DNA of 64,000 nt from Pristiophorus japonicus (GCF_044704955.1 NC_092006.1:13516001-13580000), one strand, 5' to 3'; counted from the first letter of the stretch, positions 33,572-48,563 are shown. The notes: generated by a model not told the origin, from the sequence alone. Translations and numbers: made by a program.

Positions 33572-36128
33572 GGGCGAGAACCTCCACTTTTTTTTTGCCA
33601 TGCTTAACGCCCATTTTACCACTGAGATGACGTATAATGCCCAGATGTCGCCCATTTTGGCACAATATGGAAACGGGCATTTTTTGGAGACTTAGCGCCG
33701 AACGTTACTTTCCCCGTGTGCTTAACGCCGAGAAAAAATATCTCCCCCCGCCCACTTTTTTGGGGGTGGATTCAGCAGAACGGGCAACTTCAACCCAGCA
33801 TTACTTTCCACACGGAATTAACGGCGAGATTCAATATTAACGCCCGCTGATTGTTTTTTGTCGTAAGGAGCATATTTACCCAAACTAGCGGCCATGGAGA
33901 TCGCCCATTGTCAATTTCACCACCTCACATTTCACCCACACTATCGCTCGCTCAAAAAAGCGCCCACAAAGAATGGAGCTAACCGGAACAAATCACAGCG
34001 TTATGGACGCCATGTTCTCGATCACATGTTGCGACCTTTAAAAGGCCGCTGTGCTTCAGCCTTGGCGGAGTACGGACGTACCCTGCAGGGCGTTGGAGTT
34101 GATCTGAGCATCTCTAAAAACATCTTGACCACACTGTGACCGATTGGAATTGAAGAGGTGTGTTCGTCAGGACATTCCTTGTTTGGGACCAATCGGTGGA
34201 AAACAGAACTACTGCAATGGGGCCTGTCCTTTCTCGCCCTCTCTTGGTGACCAAATACATGCAGCAGACTCGAGATCACCGAAGGAACGCTGCACAGCAG
34301 TATGTGCCCAATGTACGAAGTGACAGACTGATGAGGAGGACCAGACGTTCCATCTCCCACAAGTACAAGGAGAAACAGTCTTCCTTCAACTTGCCCAACA
34401 CCACCTGCCTTCGGAGACTGTGCTTCCACAAAGAGGTTATCACTGAGGTATGCCAGCTGATAAGGGCAGATCCGCAGCCTGCCAGCACCATCAGTAGTGC
34501 ACTGTCCGTCGAGGTCAAAGTCACCGCGGCACTGTCGTTCTACACCTCGGGTTCTTTTCAGGCCTCAGCTGGCGACATTTGCGGGCTTTCTCAGCATGCC
34601 ACACATCGCTGCATTAGACAGGTCACTGAAGCCCTGTACACACACAGGAGGGACTTGATCAGCTTCCGTATGACCAGGGAGGCACAGAGTGAGAGGGCTC
34701 TAGGATCCTCCAGAATTGCAAACTTCCCCAAGGTGCAGGGAGCAATAGACTGTACGCACATCGCGATGCGGGCACCTTTTCAGGATGCTGAGGTTTTCAG
34801 GAACCGCAAGGGATTCCATTCCCTGAATGTCCAACTCGTGTCAACCACCAGCAAGTTATACTGGCAGTGAATGCTAAATCTCTGGGCAGCATCCATGAAG
34901 CTCACATCCTGCGTGAGAGCACTGTATCTGACTTGTTTAACAATCAGCCACAAGGTCAATGCTGGATGCTTGGTGACAAAGGATACGGCCTCGCCACCTG
35001 GCTGATGACACCCGCTGTGTGACACCCACACCGAAGCCGAGAGGCGATACAACGAGAGCCACAGAGCAACTCGCAATATCGCGGAGAAAACCATTGGAGT
35101 GCTGAAGCAGCGCTTTAGATACCTGGACCACTCAGGAGGCGAGCTCCAATACCACCCTGAGCAGGTAGCTCAATTCGTGGTGGTGTGCTCCATGCTGCAC
35201 AACTTGGCTATCAGGAGGGGACAAGAATTGCCTGATAGTCTGACAGTCCACCTCACCAGAGAGAGGAAGAGGAGGACAAGGAGGCGGACGCTGACGTCGG
35301 CCCAGACAATCAGGCTGATGCTGAAGCCATGCCCCTGCCCCCCTGTAGACCAATGAAAGGGCCCATGGTGGCATGATAGCTGCAAGAGCCTTACGTCAGG
35401 AGCTCATCAATGATCGCTTTGCCTGAAAGAACGTTGGTGTTATTTCCAAGGCTGACACACTGCTGGGTGTGCAGGTCATACGTCAATGGTAGGCATCACC
35501 TTGGTGACAGTTAAAGTTTAGGTTGATTGAAGTTAAGTGTAATTATACCCTTTGATGTTAAGGTATCACCAGTGTGTAACGGTGCAGCTATCTGAGCCAA
35601 TGTGCTGCAAGGTTTTGTTAAATAAAAAACATTTAAATCAAACATTAGTCTGAAATCATCAGTATTTCTGGACAAACCAACCCTTTGGGTGACGGCCGAG
35701 ACGCTGCTTGGACGGATACGTGAGAGGATGGTCCCGAGGTGGGAACGTGCTCTGAGCCAGAAGCAAGATGTTGCCCCTGGCTCTCATATGTGGTTGGCAA
35801 TGGGAGTGCATCACCTTGGGGGGCAGTGCCACGCTCCGGGACCATTGGGAGCCCTCTGCCACCAGTGTTCCTGGCTACCAGCTCCAGGGCCTCCTCCATC
35901 CCTTCCATGTTAGCTATTATTTGTTGGACAAAAACTCGGTGCCAACAACGTTCTTGGTGCTTAGTAGGCTTCTTGCTGCTGGTGAATCTCCGTCGTTCCT
36001 CCCACAACAGGCAAATAAGCACACACCACACAGCCACGCACGCTTTCAGTCCCTCTCTGCTCCCCCTCTCTCTGTCTCCTCTTCTGTGCATATCATGGTG
36101 ACTCTTGACCTCCAGAATCGTGGGAATC
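33572..36128 (+). mobile_element. Harbinger transposon copy 2 with frameshifted transposase (~34217-35425); right end deleted
   Basis: Paralogous to 19284-21841. Confidence 0.85.
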
Positions 36129-36736
36129 AGAAACATAGAAAATAGGTGCAGGAGTAGGCCATTCGGCCCTTCTAGCCTGCACCGCCATTCAATGAGTTCA
36201 TGGCTGAACATGCAACTTCAGTACCCCATTCCTGCTTTCTCGCCATACCCCTTGATCCCCCTAGTAGTAAGGACTTCATCTAACTCCTTTTTGAATATAT
36301 TTAGTGAATTGGCCTCAACAACTTTCTGTGGTGGAGAATTCCACAGGTTCACCACTCTCTGGGTGAAGAAGTTTCTCCTCATCTCGGTCCTAACTGGCTT
36401 ACCCCTTATCCTTAGACTGTGACCTCTGGTTCTGGACTTCCCCAACATTGGGAACATTCTTCCTGCATCTAACCTGCCTAACCCCGTCAGAATTTTAAAC
36501 GTTTCTGTGAGGTCCCCTCTCATTCTTCTGAACTCCAGTGAATACAAGCCCAGTTGATCCAGTCTTTCTTGATAGGTCAGTCCCGCCATCCCGGGAATCA
36601 GTCTGGTGAACCTTCGCTGCACTCCCTCAATAGCAAGAATGTCCTTCCTCAGGTTAGGAGACCAAAACTGTACACAATACTCCAGGTGTGGCCTCACCAA
36701 GGCCCTGTACAACTGTAGCAACACCTCCCTACCCCT
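36129..36736 (-). mobile_element. CR1 3' portion, cut at the same junction
   Basis: Paralogous to 21842-22449. Confidence 0.93.
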
Positions 36737-39700
36737 CCATATCTCTGTAACCTCCTCCAGCCCCTATACCCCTCCCTATCTCTGTAACCTCCTCCAGCCC
36801 CTCCGCCCCGCCCTAACTCTGTAACCTGCTCCAGCCCTACACCCCTCCTGATCTCTGTAACCTCCTCCAGCCCCTACACTCCTCCCTATCTCTGCAACCT
36901 CCTCCAGCCACTACACCTTGCCTATCTCTGCAACCACCTCCAGCCCCGACACCCCTCTCTATCTCTGTAACCTCCTCCAGCCCCGACACCCCTCCCTATC
37001 TCTGTAATCTCCTCCAGCCCCTACACCCCTCCCTATCTCAGTAACCTCCTCCAGCCTCTACTGCCCTCCCAATCTCTGCAACCTCCTCCAGCCCCTACAC
37101 CCCTCCCTATCTCTGTAGCCTCCTCCAGCCCCTACACCCCTCCCTATCTCTGTAACTTCCTCCAGCCCCTACACCCCTCCCTGACTCTATAACCAGCCAC
37201 AGCACCTAGAACCCCTCCCTATCTCTGTAACCTCCTCCAGCCCCCACACACCTCCCGATCTCTGTAATCTCCTCCAGCCCCTGCACCCCTTCCTATCTCT
37301 GTAGCCTCCTCCAGCCCCTACACTCCTCCCTATCTCTGTAACCTCCTCCAGCCCCTGCACCCCTTCCTATCTCTGTAGCCTCCTCCAGCCCCTACACTCC
37401 TCCCTATCTCTGTAATGTCTTCCAGCCCCCTCCCTATCACTGTAACTTTCTCCAGCCCCTGCACCCCTCCCGATCACTGTAACGTCCTCCAGCCCCTACT
37501 GCCTTCCCTATCTCTGTAATCTCCTCCAGCATCTCCTGCCCTCCCTATCTCTGTAACTACCTTCAGCCCCTACACCCCTCCATATCTCTGTAACCTCCTC
37601 CCACTTCGACACCCCTCCCTATCTCTGTAACTTCCTCCACCAGATCCTACACCCCTCCCTATCTCTGTAACCTCCTCCAGCCCCTATAACCCTCCCTATC
37701 TCTGTAACCTCCTCCAGCCCCTTCACCCCTCCATATCTCTGTTACTTCCTCCAGCCTCTACACCCCTCGATCTCTGTAACACCCTCCAGCTCCTACACCC
37801 CTCTATCTCTGTAATCTCCACGGGTCCCTACACCCCTCCCTATCTTGTAACCTCCACGGGCCCCTACACCCCTCCCTATCTCTGTAACCTCATCCAGCCC
37901 CTACACCCCTCCCTATATCTGTAACCTCCTCCAGCCCCTAAACCCCTCCCTATCTCTGTAACCTCCTCCAGTCCCACAACCCCTCCCTATCTCTGTAACC
38001 TCCTCCAGCCCCCACACACCTCCCGATCTCTGTAATCTCCTCCAGCCCCGACACCCCTCCCTATCTCTGTAATCTCCTCCAGCCCCTACACCCCTCCCTA
38101 TCTCTGTAACCTCCTCCAGCCTCTACTGCCCTCCCGATCTCTGCAACCTCCTCCAGCCCCTACACCCCTCCCTATCTCTGTAACCTCCTCCAGCTCTACA
38201 CCCCTCCCTATCTCTGTAACTTCGAGCTCTACACCCATCCCTATCCCTGCAACCACCTCCAGCCCCTACACCCCTCCATATCTCTGTAACCTTCTCCAGC
38301 CCCGACACCCCTCCCCAGCTCTGTAACGTCCTCCAGCCCCAACACCTCTGCCTATCTCTGTAACCTCCTCCTGCCCCTATTGCCCTCCCTATCTCTGTAA
38401 TCTCCTCCAGCCCCTACACACCTCCCTGTCTCTGTAACCTCCTCCAGCCCCTACTGCACTCCCTATCTCTGTAACCTCCTCCAGCCCCTACACCCCTCCC
38501 CATCTCTGTAAACACCTTCAGCCCCAACACCTCTCCATATCTCTGTAACCTCCTCCAGCCCCTACACAACTCCATATCTCTGTAACCTCCTCCAGCTTTT
38601 ACACCCCTGCCTATCTCTGTAACTTCCTCCACCAGATCCTACACCCCTCCCTAGCTCTGTAACCTCCTCCAGCCCCTATAACCCTCCCTATCTCTGTAAC
38701 CTCCTCCAGCCCCTACACCCCTCCATATCTCTGTTACTTCCTCCATCCTCAACACCCCTCGATCTCTGTAACCTCCACGTATCCCTACACCTCTCCCTAT
38801 CTTGTAACCTCCACGGGCCCCGACACCCCTCCCTATCTCTGTAATCTCCTCCAGCCCCTAAACCCCTCCCTATCTCTGTAACCTCCTCCAGCCCCACAAC
38901 CCCTCCCTTTCTCTGTAATATCCTCCAGCCCCACAACCCCTCCCTATTTCTGTAATCTCCTCCAGCCTCTACACACCTCCCTATCTCTGTTACCTCCTCC
39001 AGCACCTATATCCCTCCCTAACTCTGTAACCTCCTCCAGCCCTACACCCCTCCTGATCTCTGTAACCTCCTCCAGCCCCTATACCTCTCACTATCCCTGC
39101 AACCTCCTCCAGCCCCTACAGCCCTCCCTATCACTGTAACCTCCTCCAGCCCCTACACCCCTCCCTTTCTCTGTAACCTCCTCCAGCCCCTACACCCCTC
39201 CCGATCTCTGTAATCTCCTCCAGCCCCGACACCCCTCCCTATCTCTGTAATCTCCTCCAGCCCCTACACCCCTCCCTATCTCTGTAACCTCCTCCAGCCT
39301 CTACTGCCCTCCCGATCTCTGCAACCTCCTCCAGCCCCTACACCCCTCCCTATCTCTGTAGCCTCCTCCAGCTCTACACCCCTCCCTATCTCTGTAACTT
39401 CGAGCTCTACACCCATCCCTATCCCTGCAACCACCTCCAGCCCCTACACCCCTCCATATCTCTGTAACCTTCTCCAGCCCCGACACCCCTCCACAGCTCT
39501 GTAACGTCCTCCAGCCCCAACACCTCTGCCTATCTCTGTAACCTCCTCCTGCCCCTATTGCCCTCCCCATCTCTGTAAACACCTTCAGCCCCAACACCTC
39601 TCCATATCTCTGTAACCTCCTCCAGCCCCTACACAACTCCATATCTCTGTAACCTCCTCCAGCTTTTACACCCCTGCCTATCTCTGTAACTTCCTCCACC

Positions 39701-41783
39701 AGATCCTACACCCCTCCCTAGCTCTGTAACCTCCTCCAGCCCCTATAACCCTCCCTATCTCTGTAACCTCCTCCAGCCCCTACACCCCTCCATATCTCTG
39801 TTACTTCCTCCAGCCTCAACACCCCTCGATCTCTGTAACCTCCACGTATCCCTACACCTCTCCCTATCTTGTAACCTCCACTGGCCCCGACACCCCTCCC
39901 TATCTCTGTAACCTCCTCCAGCCCCTAAACCCCTCCCTATCTCTGTAACCTCCTCCAGCCCCACAACCCCTCCCTTTCTCTGTAATATCCTCCAGCCCCA
40001 CAACCCCTCCCTATTTCTGTAATCTCCTCCAGCCTCTACACACCTCCCTATCTCTGTTACCTCCTCCAGCACCTATATCCCTCCCTAACTCTGTAACCTC
40101 CTCCAGCCCTACACCCCTCCTGATCTCTGTAACCTCCTCCAGCCCCTATACCTCTCACTATCCCTGCAACCTCCTCCAGCCCCTACAGCCCTCCCTATCA
40201 CTGTAACCTCCTCCAGCCCCTACACCCCTCCCTATCTCTGTAGCCTCCTCCAGCCCCTACACCCCTCACTATCTCTGTAATATCCTCCTGCCTCTACACC
40301 CCTCCCTATCTCTGTAATCTCCTCCAGCCTCTACACACCTCCCTATCTCTGTAACCTCCTCCAGCCCCTGCACCCCTCCCTATCTCTATAGCCTCCTCCA
40401 GCCCCTACACCCCTCCCTATCTCTGTAATGTCCTCCAACCCTCGACACCACTCCCGATCACTGTAACGTCCTCCAGCCCCTACTGCCTTCCCTATCTCTG
40501 TAATCTCCTCCAGCACCTCCTGCTCTCCCTATCTCTGTAACTACCTTCAGCCCCTACACCCCTCCATATCTCTGTAACCTCCTCCCACTTCTACACCCCT
40601 CCTGATCTCTGTAACTTTCTCCACCAGCCCCTACACCGCTCCCTATCTCTGTTATCTCCTCCAGCCCCTATACCCCTCCCTATCTATGTAACCTCCTCAT
40701 GGCCCTATGCCCCTCCCTAACTCTGTAACCTCCTCCAGCCCAACACCCCTCCTGATCTCTGTAACCTCCTCGAGTCCCTATACCTCTCCCTATCCCTGCA
40801 ACCTCCTCCAGCCCCTACACCCCTCCCTATCTCTGCAACACCCTCCAGTCCCTATACCTCCCGATCTCCGTAACCTCCTCCAGCCCCTACACCCCTCCAT
40901 ATCTCTGTAACCTCCTCCCACTTCGACACCCCTCCCTATCTCTGTAACTTCCTCCACCAGATCCTACACCCCTCCCTATCTCTGTAACCTCCTCCAGCCC
41001 CTATAACCCTCCCTATCTCTGTAACCTCCTCCAGCCCCTTCACCCCTCCATATCTCTGTTACTTCCTCCAGCCTCTACACCCCTCGATCTCTGTAACATC
41101 CTCCAGCTCCTACACCCCTCTATCTCTGTAATCTCCACGGGTCCCTACACCCCTCCCTATCTTGTAACCTCCACGGGCCCCTACACCCCTCCCTATCTCT
41201 GTAACCTCATCCAGCCCCTACACCCCTCCCTATATCTGTAACCTCCTCCAGCCCCTAAACCCCTCCCTATCTCTGTAACCTCCTCCAGCCCCACAACCCC
41301 TCCCTATCTCTGTAACCTCCTCCAACCCCGACACCCCTCCCTATCTCTGTAACCTCCTCCAGCCCCTACACCGCTCCCTATCTCTGTAACCACCTCCAGC
41401 CCCTACATCCCTTCTTATCTCTGTGATCTCCAGCCCCTATACCCCTCCCTATCTGTGCAACCACCTCCAGCCCCTATGCCCATCCCTAACTCTGTAACCT
41501 CCTCCAGCCCGACACCCCTCCTGATCTCTGTAACCTCCTTGAGTCCCTATACCTCTCCCTATCCCTGCAACCTCCTCCAGCCCCTACACCCCTCCCTATC
41601 TCTGCAACACCCTCCAGTCCCTACACCTCCCGATCTCCGTAACCTCCTCCAGCCCCTACACCCCTCCCTATCTCTGTAACTTCCTCCAGCCTCTACACCC
41701 CTCCCTGACTCTGTAACCCGCTTCAGCATCTACACCCCTCCCTTTCTCTGTAACCTCCTCCAGCCCCACAACCCCTCCCTATC
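36732..41783. repeat. 37-bp minisatellite, array 3
   Basis: Same variant order as array 2, with a ~1.4-kb internal deletion. Confidence 0.97.
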
Positions 41784-41784
41784 T

Positions 41785-42497
41785 CCCACACACAGCGATA
41801 TGATAATGACCCAGATCATCTGTTTTAGTGATGTTGGTTGAGGGATAAATATTGGGCCCAGGACACCGGGGAGAACTCCCCCTGCTCTTCTTCCAATAGT
41901 AGCCCCGGGATCTTTTACACCCACCCGAGAGGGCAGACGGGGCCTCGGTTTAACGTCTCATCCGAAAGATGGCCCCTCCGACAGTGCGTCACTCCCTCAG
42001 TACCGCCCCTCCGACAGTGCGGCGCTCCCTCAGTACCGCCCCTCTGACAGGGCGACGCTCCCTCAGTACTGCCCCTCCGACAGTGCGGCGCTCCCTCAGT
42101 ACTGCCCCTCGGACAGTGCAGCGCTCCCTCAGTACCGTCCCTCCGACAGTGCGGCGCTCCCTCAGTACTGCCCCTCCGACAGTGCAGCGCTCCCTCAGTA
42201 CCGCCCCTCCGGACAGTGCGGTGCTCCCTCAGTAGTGCCCCTCCGACAGTGCGGCGCTCCCTCAGTACTGCCCCTCCGACAGTGCGGCGCTCCCTCAGTA
42301 CTGTCCCTCCGACAGTGCGGTGCTCCCTCAGTACCGCCCCTCCGACAGTGCGGTGCTCCCTCAGTACCGCCCCTCCGACAGTGCAGTGCTCCCTCAGTAC
42401 CGCCCCTCCGACAGTGCGGCGCTCCCTCAGTACGACATTGGAGTGTTAGCCTCGAGTGAAATGCTCAAGCTCCTGGAGTGAGACTTGAACCCACAAT
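41785..42497 (-). mobile_element. Deu-type SINE with 33-bp minisatellite, unit 3
   Basis: Paralogous to 13896-15103. Confidence 0.7.
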
Positions 42498-42855
42498 TGG
42501 GAGGCAGTTGGTTGAGGAAGGAGTTTTGCCCGGAACACCAGCAACACCCTGTTCTCCAAGGAATAGGATCTTTAACATCCACCGCATCAGGAGAGGGGCA
42601 TGGAGCAGTGAGAGGGCTCAGTGAAACATCAAGTCCCCCTCCCCAGGGCTCAGTCCCACACTGGGCCCCTCTCCCCCTCCCCAGGGCTCAGTCCCACACC
42701 GGGCCCCCCTCCCCCTCCCCGGGGCTCAGTCCCACACCGGGCCCCCCTCCCCCTCCCCGGGGCTCAGTCCCACACCGAGTGAGACCACTGGGGCAATGCG
42801 AGCCATGATTCGAAGGGAAGGGGCCCCTGGTGATATTTGGACCAATCCTCACTTT

Positions 42856-43897
42856 CGTAGAAATAAAAAATCGGAGCAGGAGTCGGCCATTCAATATGAT
42901 CCCGGCTGATCCTCTATCCTCACACCATATTCCCACTTTCTCTCCAGCCCCCTTGATGCCTTTTGTGTCTCGAAATCTATCGATCTCCCTCTTGAATATA
43001 TTCAGTGACTTGGCCTCCACAGCCTTCTGTGGTCGAGAATTCCACAGGTTCACCACCCTCTGAGTGAGAACATTTCTCCTCATCTCAGTCCTAAATTTCC
43101 TAGCCCGTATCCTGAGACTGTGACCCCTTGTTCTAGACTTCCCAGCCCCGGGGAAACATCCTCCCCGCATCCAGTCTGTCCAACCCCGTCACAATTTTAT
43201 ACCTTTCAATGAGATCCCCTCTCATTCTTCTAAACTCCAGTGAATACAGGCCCAGTCGACCCAATCTCTCCTCATACCACAGTCCTGCCATCCCAGGAAT
43301 CAGTCTGGTGAACCTTCACTGCACTCCCTCTATGGCAAGTATATCCTTCCTTAGGTAAGGAGACCAAAACTGCACACAATACTCCTGGTGCGGTCTCACC
43401 AATGCCCTGTATAACTGGAGTAAGGCATCTCCTTGCTCCTGTACACAAATCCTCTTGCAATGTAGGCCAACGTACCCCATTTGCCCCTAACTGCTTGCTG
43501 CACCATGTTTGTTTTCAATGTCTGGTGTACAAGGACACCCAGGTCCCTCTGTACATCCACACTTCCCAAGCCGTCACCATTTAAATAATACTTTGTCCTC
43601 ATGTTTTTCCCACCAAAGTAGATAACTTCACATTTATCCACGTTATACTACATCTGCCATGTGTTTGCCCATTCACATAGAAACATAGAGAATAGGTGCA
43701 GGAGTAGGCCATTCGGCCCTTCGAGCCTGCACCACCATTCAATAAGATCATGGCTGATCATTCACCTCAGTCCCCCATTCCTGCTTTCTCTCCCTTGATC
43801 CCTTTAGCCGTAAGGACCACATCCAACTCCCTTTTGAATCTGTCTAACGAACTGGCCTCAACAACTTTCTGTGGCAGAGAATTCCACAGGTTCACTC
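42856..43897 (-). mobile_element. CR1 fragments, unit 3
   Basis: Paralogous to 16112-17182. Confidence 0.9.
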
Positions 43898-44120
43898 CGT
43901 CGACCCGCTGTGTCTTTACATCCTCGTCCCGACTCACAACCCCAGCCAGTTTTGGGTCGTCGGCAAGTGTGGAAGCATGACGGTTTGGTTCCCTGCCGTC
44001 CCGTGCAATGAGGGGCCAGCGAGACCAGGGTGGGAGTTTTTAATTCTGTTTATTTATCAGAATGTCAGCACTCGCTGGCCATACACACTGGCGTGTGCAC
44101 GCACACGTTCCGCCAATTGC

Positions 44121-45284
44121 TCAGAAACACTTGCGATGGACAATCGCCGGACCCTTCTCGTCGTAGTCCTTGCGACACACCCACATGGACTGGAAGGTGT
44201 TGAGGCTGGCCGTGATGGAGCCCCCAATCCACACCGAGAACTTGCGCTGGGGCGAGGCGTAGACGTTGAGCTTGAAGCGGCTGGGCACCAGCTCGCCCAT
44301 CTCCTTCTGGATGCGCTCGGCGAGGCCGGGGAACATGGAGGAGCCGCCCGACAGCACGATGTTGTTGAACAGCTCGGGCCGGTGCTTGGCCTTGCACTTC
44401 TTCAGGCTCTTCATGGCCAGCACGTGGAGGCCGGGGTCAGTCAGCCCCACCGCCTCGGGCTTGAACAGAGACTCGGGGCAGCGGAAGCGCTGGTTGCCGA
44501 TGGTGATGATGTGTCCGTCGGGAAGCTTGTAGTCGGTCAGGTAGTCGCTCTTGTTGGCCACCATCTCCTTGTTGAAGTCCTGCGCCACGTAGCAGCAGGT
44601 CTCCTTGATGTTGTGCACGATGTGCATCTCCTCGGGGCTGAAGGTGTTGCCGCACTCCTCCAGCAGCTTGGCCATGTACTCGCTCAGCCTGCCCCCAGCC
44701 AGGTCCAGGCGGTAGGTGGCATGGGGCAATGTGTAGCCGTTGTAGATGGGCACCGTGTAGGAGACCCCCAGGCCCGACTCGATGATCAGGCCGTTGATCC
44801 TCCCGGTGGAGTACAGCGACAGCACGCTCTGGTGGGCCACGTACATGGCCGGCACCCCAAAGTTCTCGAACAGCAGCTCGGCCGACTTCTCCCGGTTGGC
44901 GGTGGGCGACAGCGGGCTGTCGGAGAGCAGCACCGCCTGATCCTCAGGGGCCACCCGCAGCTCATGGCAGAAGACGTGGTGCATGAGCATCTCCAGAGCG
45001 TCCCAGTCTGTCACGATGCCTTTGGTGACCACCTGGGTCTTGGTGATCCACGGGTCACTGGGGATGGCGCTGCCGATGTAGTAGTCGGGCCCCTTGCGCG
45101 GGTCGTTGCCCGTCTGGTTGGGGATGCCCACCAGGGAGTGGACCACCACGCTGGGCTTGTCGTCGCCGGCAAAGCCAGCCTTGGTATAGCTGGTGCCGTT
45201 GTCCATCACCACGGCCGCCGTCTCGGTGAAGTCTTCTGTGCAGGCGGGGGGCCCCTGGGGGGCAGTGGGGGAGGATTTGCTCAT
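44121..45284 (-). CDS. Intronless actin-related protein, copy 3 (387 aa)
   Basis: Intact ORF; 8 aa differences from copy 1, including DNGTGY to DNGTSY. Confidence 0.93.
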   Translation of the reverse strand: MSKSSPTAPQGPPACTEDFTETAAVVMDNGTSYTKAGFAGDDKPSVVVHSLVGIPNQTGNDPRKGPDYYIGSAIPSDPWITKTQVVTKGIVTDWDALEMLMHHVFCHELRVAPEDQAVLLSDSPLSPTANREKSAELLFENFGVPAMYVAHQSVLSLYSTGRINGLIIESGLGVSYTVPIYNGYTLPHATYRLDLAGGRLSEYMAKLLEECGNTFSPEEMHIVHNIKETCCYVAQDFNKEMVANKSDYLTDYKLPDGHIITIGNQRFRCPESLFKPEAVGLTDPGLHVLAMKSLKKCKAKHRPELFNNIVLSGGSSMFPGLAERIQKEMGELVPSRFKLNVYASPQRKFSVWIGGSITASLNTFQSMWVCRKDYDEKGPAIVHRKCF

Positions 45285-46005
45285 TCTCACAGTGAGGGCA
45301 CGGACTGAGGGGGTCCGGGGGTGGGCTTCTTGGGTCTGCTCTGAGCAACACGATCAGCACGCTTTTCTTCCTGTTTGCAGCCTCCCTCTCTCTCCCTCGA
45401 GTGTCACCGTCTGTATGGGCCCACACCCCCACCTGCCCCTCTACACTGGGCCTGTCGCCGGGGGCAACGGCGCTGATCTCACAATGTCCCCTTGTTGCCT
45501 CTGACCTCCTCCCCCCCCCCCCCCCCAACACACAGGAAGCCAGGTTACAGACAACAGGTGATGTCACTGAGAGAGGGAGGAGGGCCGTCAGCGGGAGGCC
45601 CCTCCCCCACCCTGAACCCCCTCACTCAGCCCCCCCCACGCACCCCACACCCTCTTCCCCCAACCTCCCCCTCCCCAACCTCCTGCTCACAGCCTCAGCC
45701 ATGATCATATTGAATGGCGGTGCAGGCTCGAAGGGCCGACTCCTGCACCTATTTTCTCTGTTCCTATCCCCCTCCCCATTACGCTGTCCGCCACCCGCAA
45801 CACCACCCACATCCTCACTGCCACCTTTCCCTCGCTCACCCCTCCACCTTCGCTCCAAACCCCTCCCTCACTTTCTGGAGCCCCGTTCCCCGCCTCTGTC
45901 CCACTGCTCGCTTCCTGACTTCAGAGTGAGTCGGTGCGAATCAGTCTGGCCCCCAGCCCCCGGCTCTCCCCAGTGCTGCAAACCAGCTGCTTGATAAGAC
46001 TCAAT

Positions 46006-48563
46006 GGGCGAGAACCTCCCCTTTTTTTTTGCCATGCTTAACGCCCATTTTACCGCTGAGATGACGTATAATGCCCAGATGTCGCCCATTTTGGCACAAT
46101 ATGGAAACGGGCATTTTTTGGAGACTTAGCGCCGAACGTTACTTCCCCCATGTGCTTAACGCCGAGAAAAAATATCTCCCCCCGCCCACTTTTTTGGGGG
46201 CGGATTCAGCAGAACGGGCAACTTCAACCCAGCATTACTTTCCACACGGAATTAACGGCGAGATTCAATATTAACGCCCGCTGATTGTTTTTTGTCGTAA
46301 GGAGCATATTTACCCAAACTAGCGGCCATGGAGATCGCCCATTGTCAATTTCACCACCTCACATTTCACCCACACTATCGCTCGCTCAAAAAAGCGCCCA
46401 CAAAGAATGGAGCTAACCGGAACAAATCGCAGCGTTATGGACGCCATGTTCTCGATCACATGTTGCGACCTTTAAAAGGCCGCTGTGCTTCAGCCTTGGC
46501 GGAGTACGGACGTACCCTGCAGGGCGTTGGAGTTGATCTGAGCATCTCTAAAAACATCTTGACCACACTGTGACCGATTGGAATTGAAGAGGTGTGTTCG
46601 TCAGGACATTCCTTGTTTGGGACCAATCGGTGGAAAACAGAACTACTGCAATGGGGCCTGTCCTTTCTCGCCCTCTCTTGGTGACCAAATACATGCAGCA
46701 GACTCGAGATCACCGAAGGAACGCTGCACAGCAGTATGTGCCCAATGTACGAAGTGACAGACTGATGAGGAGGACCAGACGTTCCATCTCCCACAAGTAC
46801 AAGGAGAAACAGTCTTCCTTCAACTTGCCCAACACCACCTGCCTTCGGAGACTGTGCTTCCACAAAGAGGTTATCACTGAGGTATGCCAGCTGATAAGGG
46901 CAGATCCGCAGCCTGCCAGCACCATCAGTACTGCACTGTCCGTCGAGGTCAAAGTCACCGCGGCACTGTCGTTCTACACCTCGGGTTCTTTTCAGGCCTC
47001 AGCTGGCGACATTTGCGGACTTTCTCAGCATGCCACACATCGCTGCATTAGACAGGTCACTGAAGCCCTGTACACACACAGGAGGGACTTGATCAGCTTC
47101 CGTATGACCAGGGAGGCACAGAGTGAGAGGGCTCTAGGATCCTCCAGAATTGCAAACTTCCCCAAGGTGCAGGGAGCAATAGACTGTACGCACATCGCGA
47201 TGCGGGCACCTTTTCAGGATGCTGAGGTTTTCAGGAACCGCAAGGGATTCCATTCCCTGAATGTCCAACTCGTGTCAACCACCAGCAAGTTATACTGGCA
47301 GTGAATGCTAAATCTCTGGGCAGCATCCATGAAGCTCACATCCTGCGTGAGAGCACTGTATCTGACTTGTTTAACAATCAGCCACAAGGTCAATGCTGGA
47401 TGCTTGGTGACAAAGGATACGGCCTCGCCACCTGGCTGATGACACCCCGCTGCGTGACACCCACACCGAAGCCGAGAGGCGATACAACGAGAGCCACAGA
47501 GCAACTCGCAATATCGCGGAGAAAACCATTGGAGTGCTGAAGCAGCGCTTTAGATGCCTGGACCACTCAGGAGGCGAGCTCCAATACCACCCTGAGCAGG
47601 TAGCTCAATTCGTGGTGGTGTGCTCCATGCTGCACAACTTGGCTATCAGGAGGGGACAAGAATTACCTGATAGTCTGACAGTCCACCTCACCAGAGAGAG
47701 GAAGAGGAGGACAAGGAGGCGGACGCTGACGTCGGCCCAGACAATCAGGCTGATGCTGAAGCCATGCCCCCGCCCTCCTGTAGACCAATGAAAGGGCCCA
47801 TGGTGGCATGATAGCTGCAAGATCCTTACGTCAGGAGCTCATCAATGATCGCTTTGCCTGAAAGAACGTTGGTGTTATTTACAAGGCTGACACACTGCTG
47901 GGTGTGCAGGTCATACGTCAATGGTAGGCATCACCTTGGTGACAGTTAAAGTTTAGGTTGATTGAAGTTAAGTGTAATTATACCCTTTGATCTTAAGGTA
48001 TCACCAGCGTGTAACGGTGCAGCTATCTGAGCCAATGTGCTGCAAGGTTTTGTTAAATAAAAAACATTTAAATCAAACATTAGTCTGAAATCATCAGTAT
48101 TTCTGGACAAACCAACCCTTTGGGTGACGGCCGAGACGCTGCTTGGACGGATACGTGAGAGGATGGTCCCGTGGTGGGAACGTGCTCTGAGCCAGAAGCA
48201 AGATGTTGCCCCTGGCTCTCATGTGTGGTTGGCAATGGGAGTGCATCACCTTGGGGGGCAGTGCCACGCTCCGGGACCATTGGGAGCCCTCTGCCACCAG
48301 TGTTCCTGGCTACCAGCTCCAGGGCCTCCTCCATCCCTTCCATGTTAGCTATTATTTGTTGGACAAAAACTCGGTGCCAACAACGTTCTTGGTGCTTAGT
48401 AGGCTTCTTGCTGCTGGTGAATCTCCGTCGTTCCTCCCACAACAGGCAAATAAGCACACACCACACAGCCACGCACGCTTTCAGTCCCTCTCTGCTCCCC
48501 CTCTCTCTGTCTCCTCTTCTGTGCATATCATGGTGACTCTTGACCTCCAGAATCGTGGGAATC
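46006..48563 (+). mobile_element. Harbinger transposon copy 3 with frameshifted transposase (~46651-47860); right end deleted
   Basis: Paralogous to 19284-21841. Confidence 0.85.
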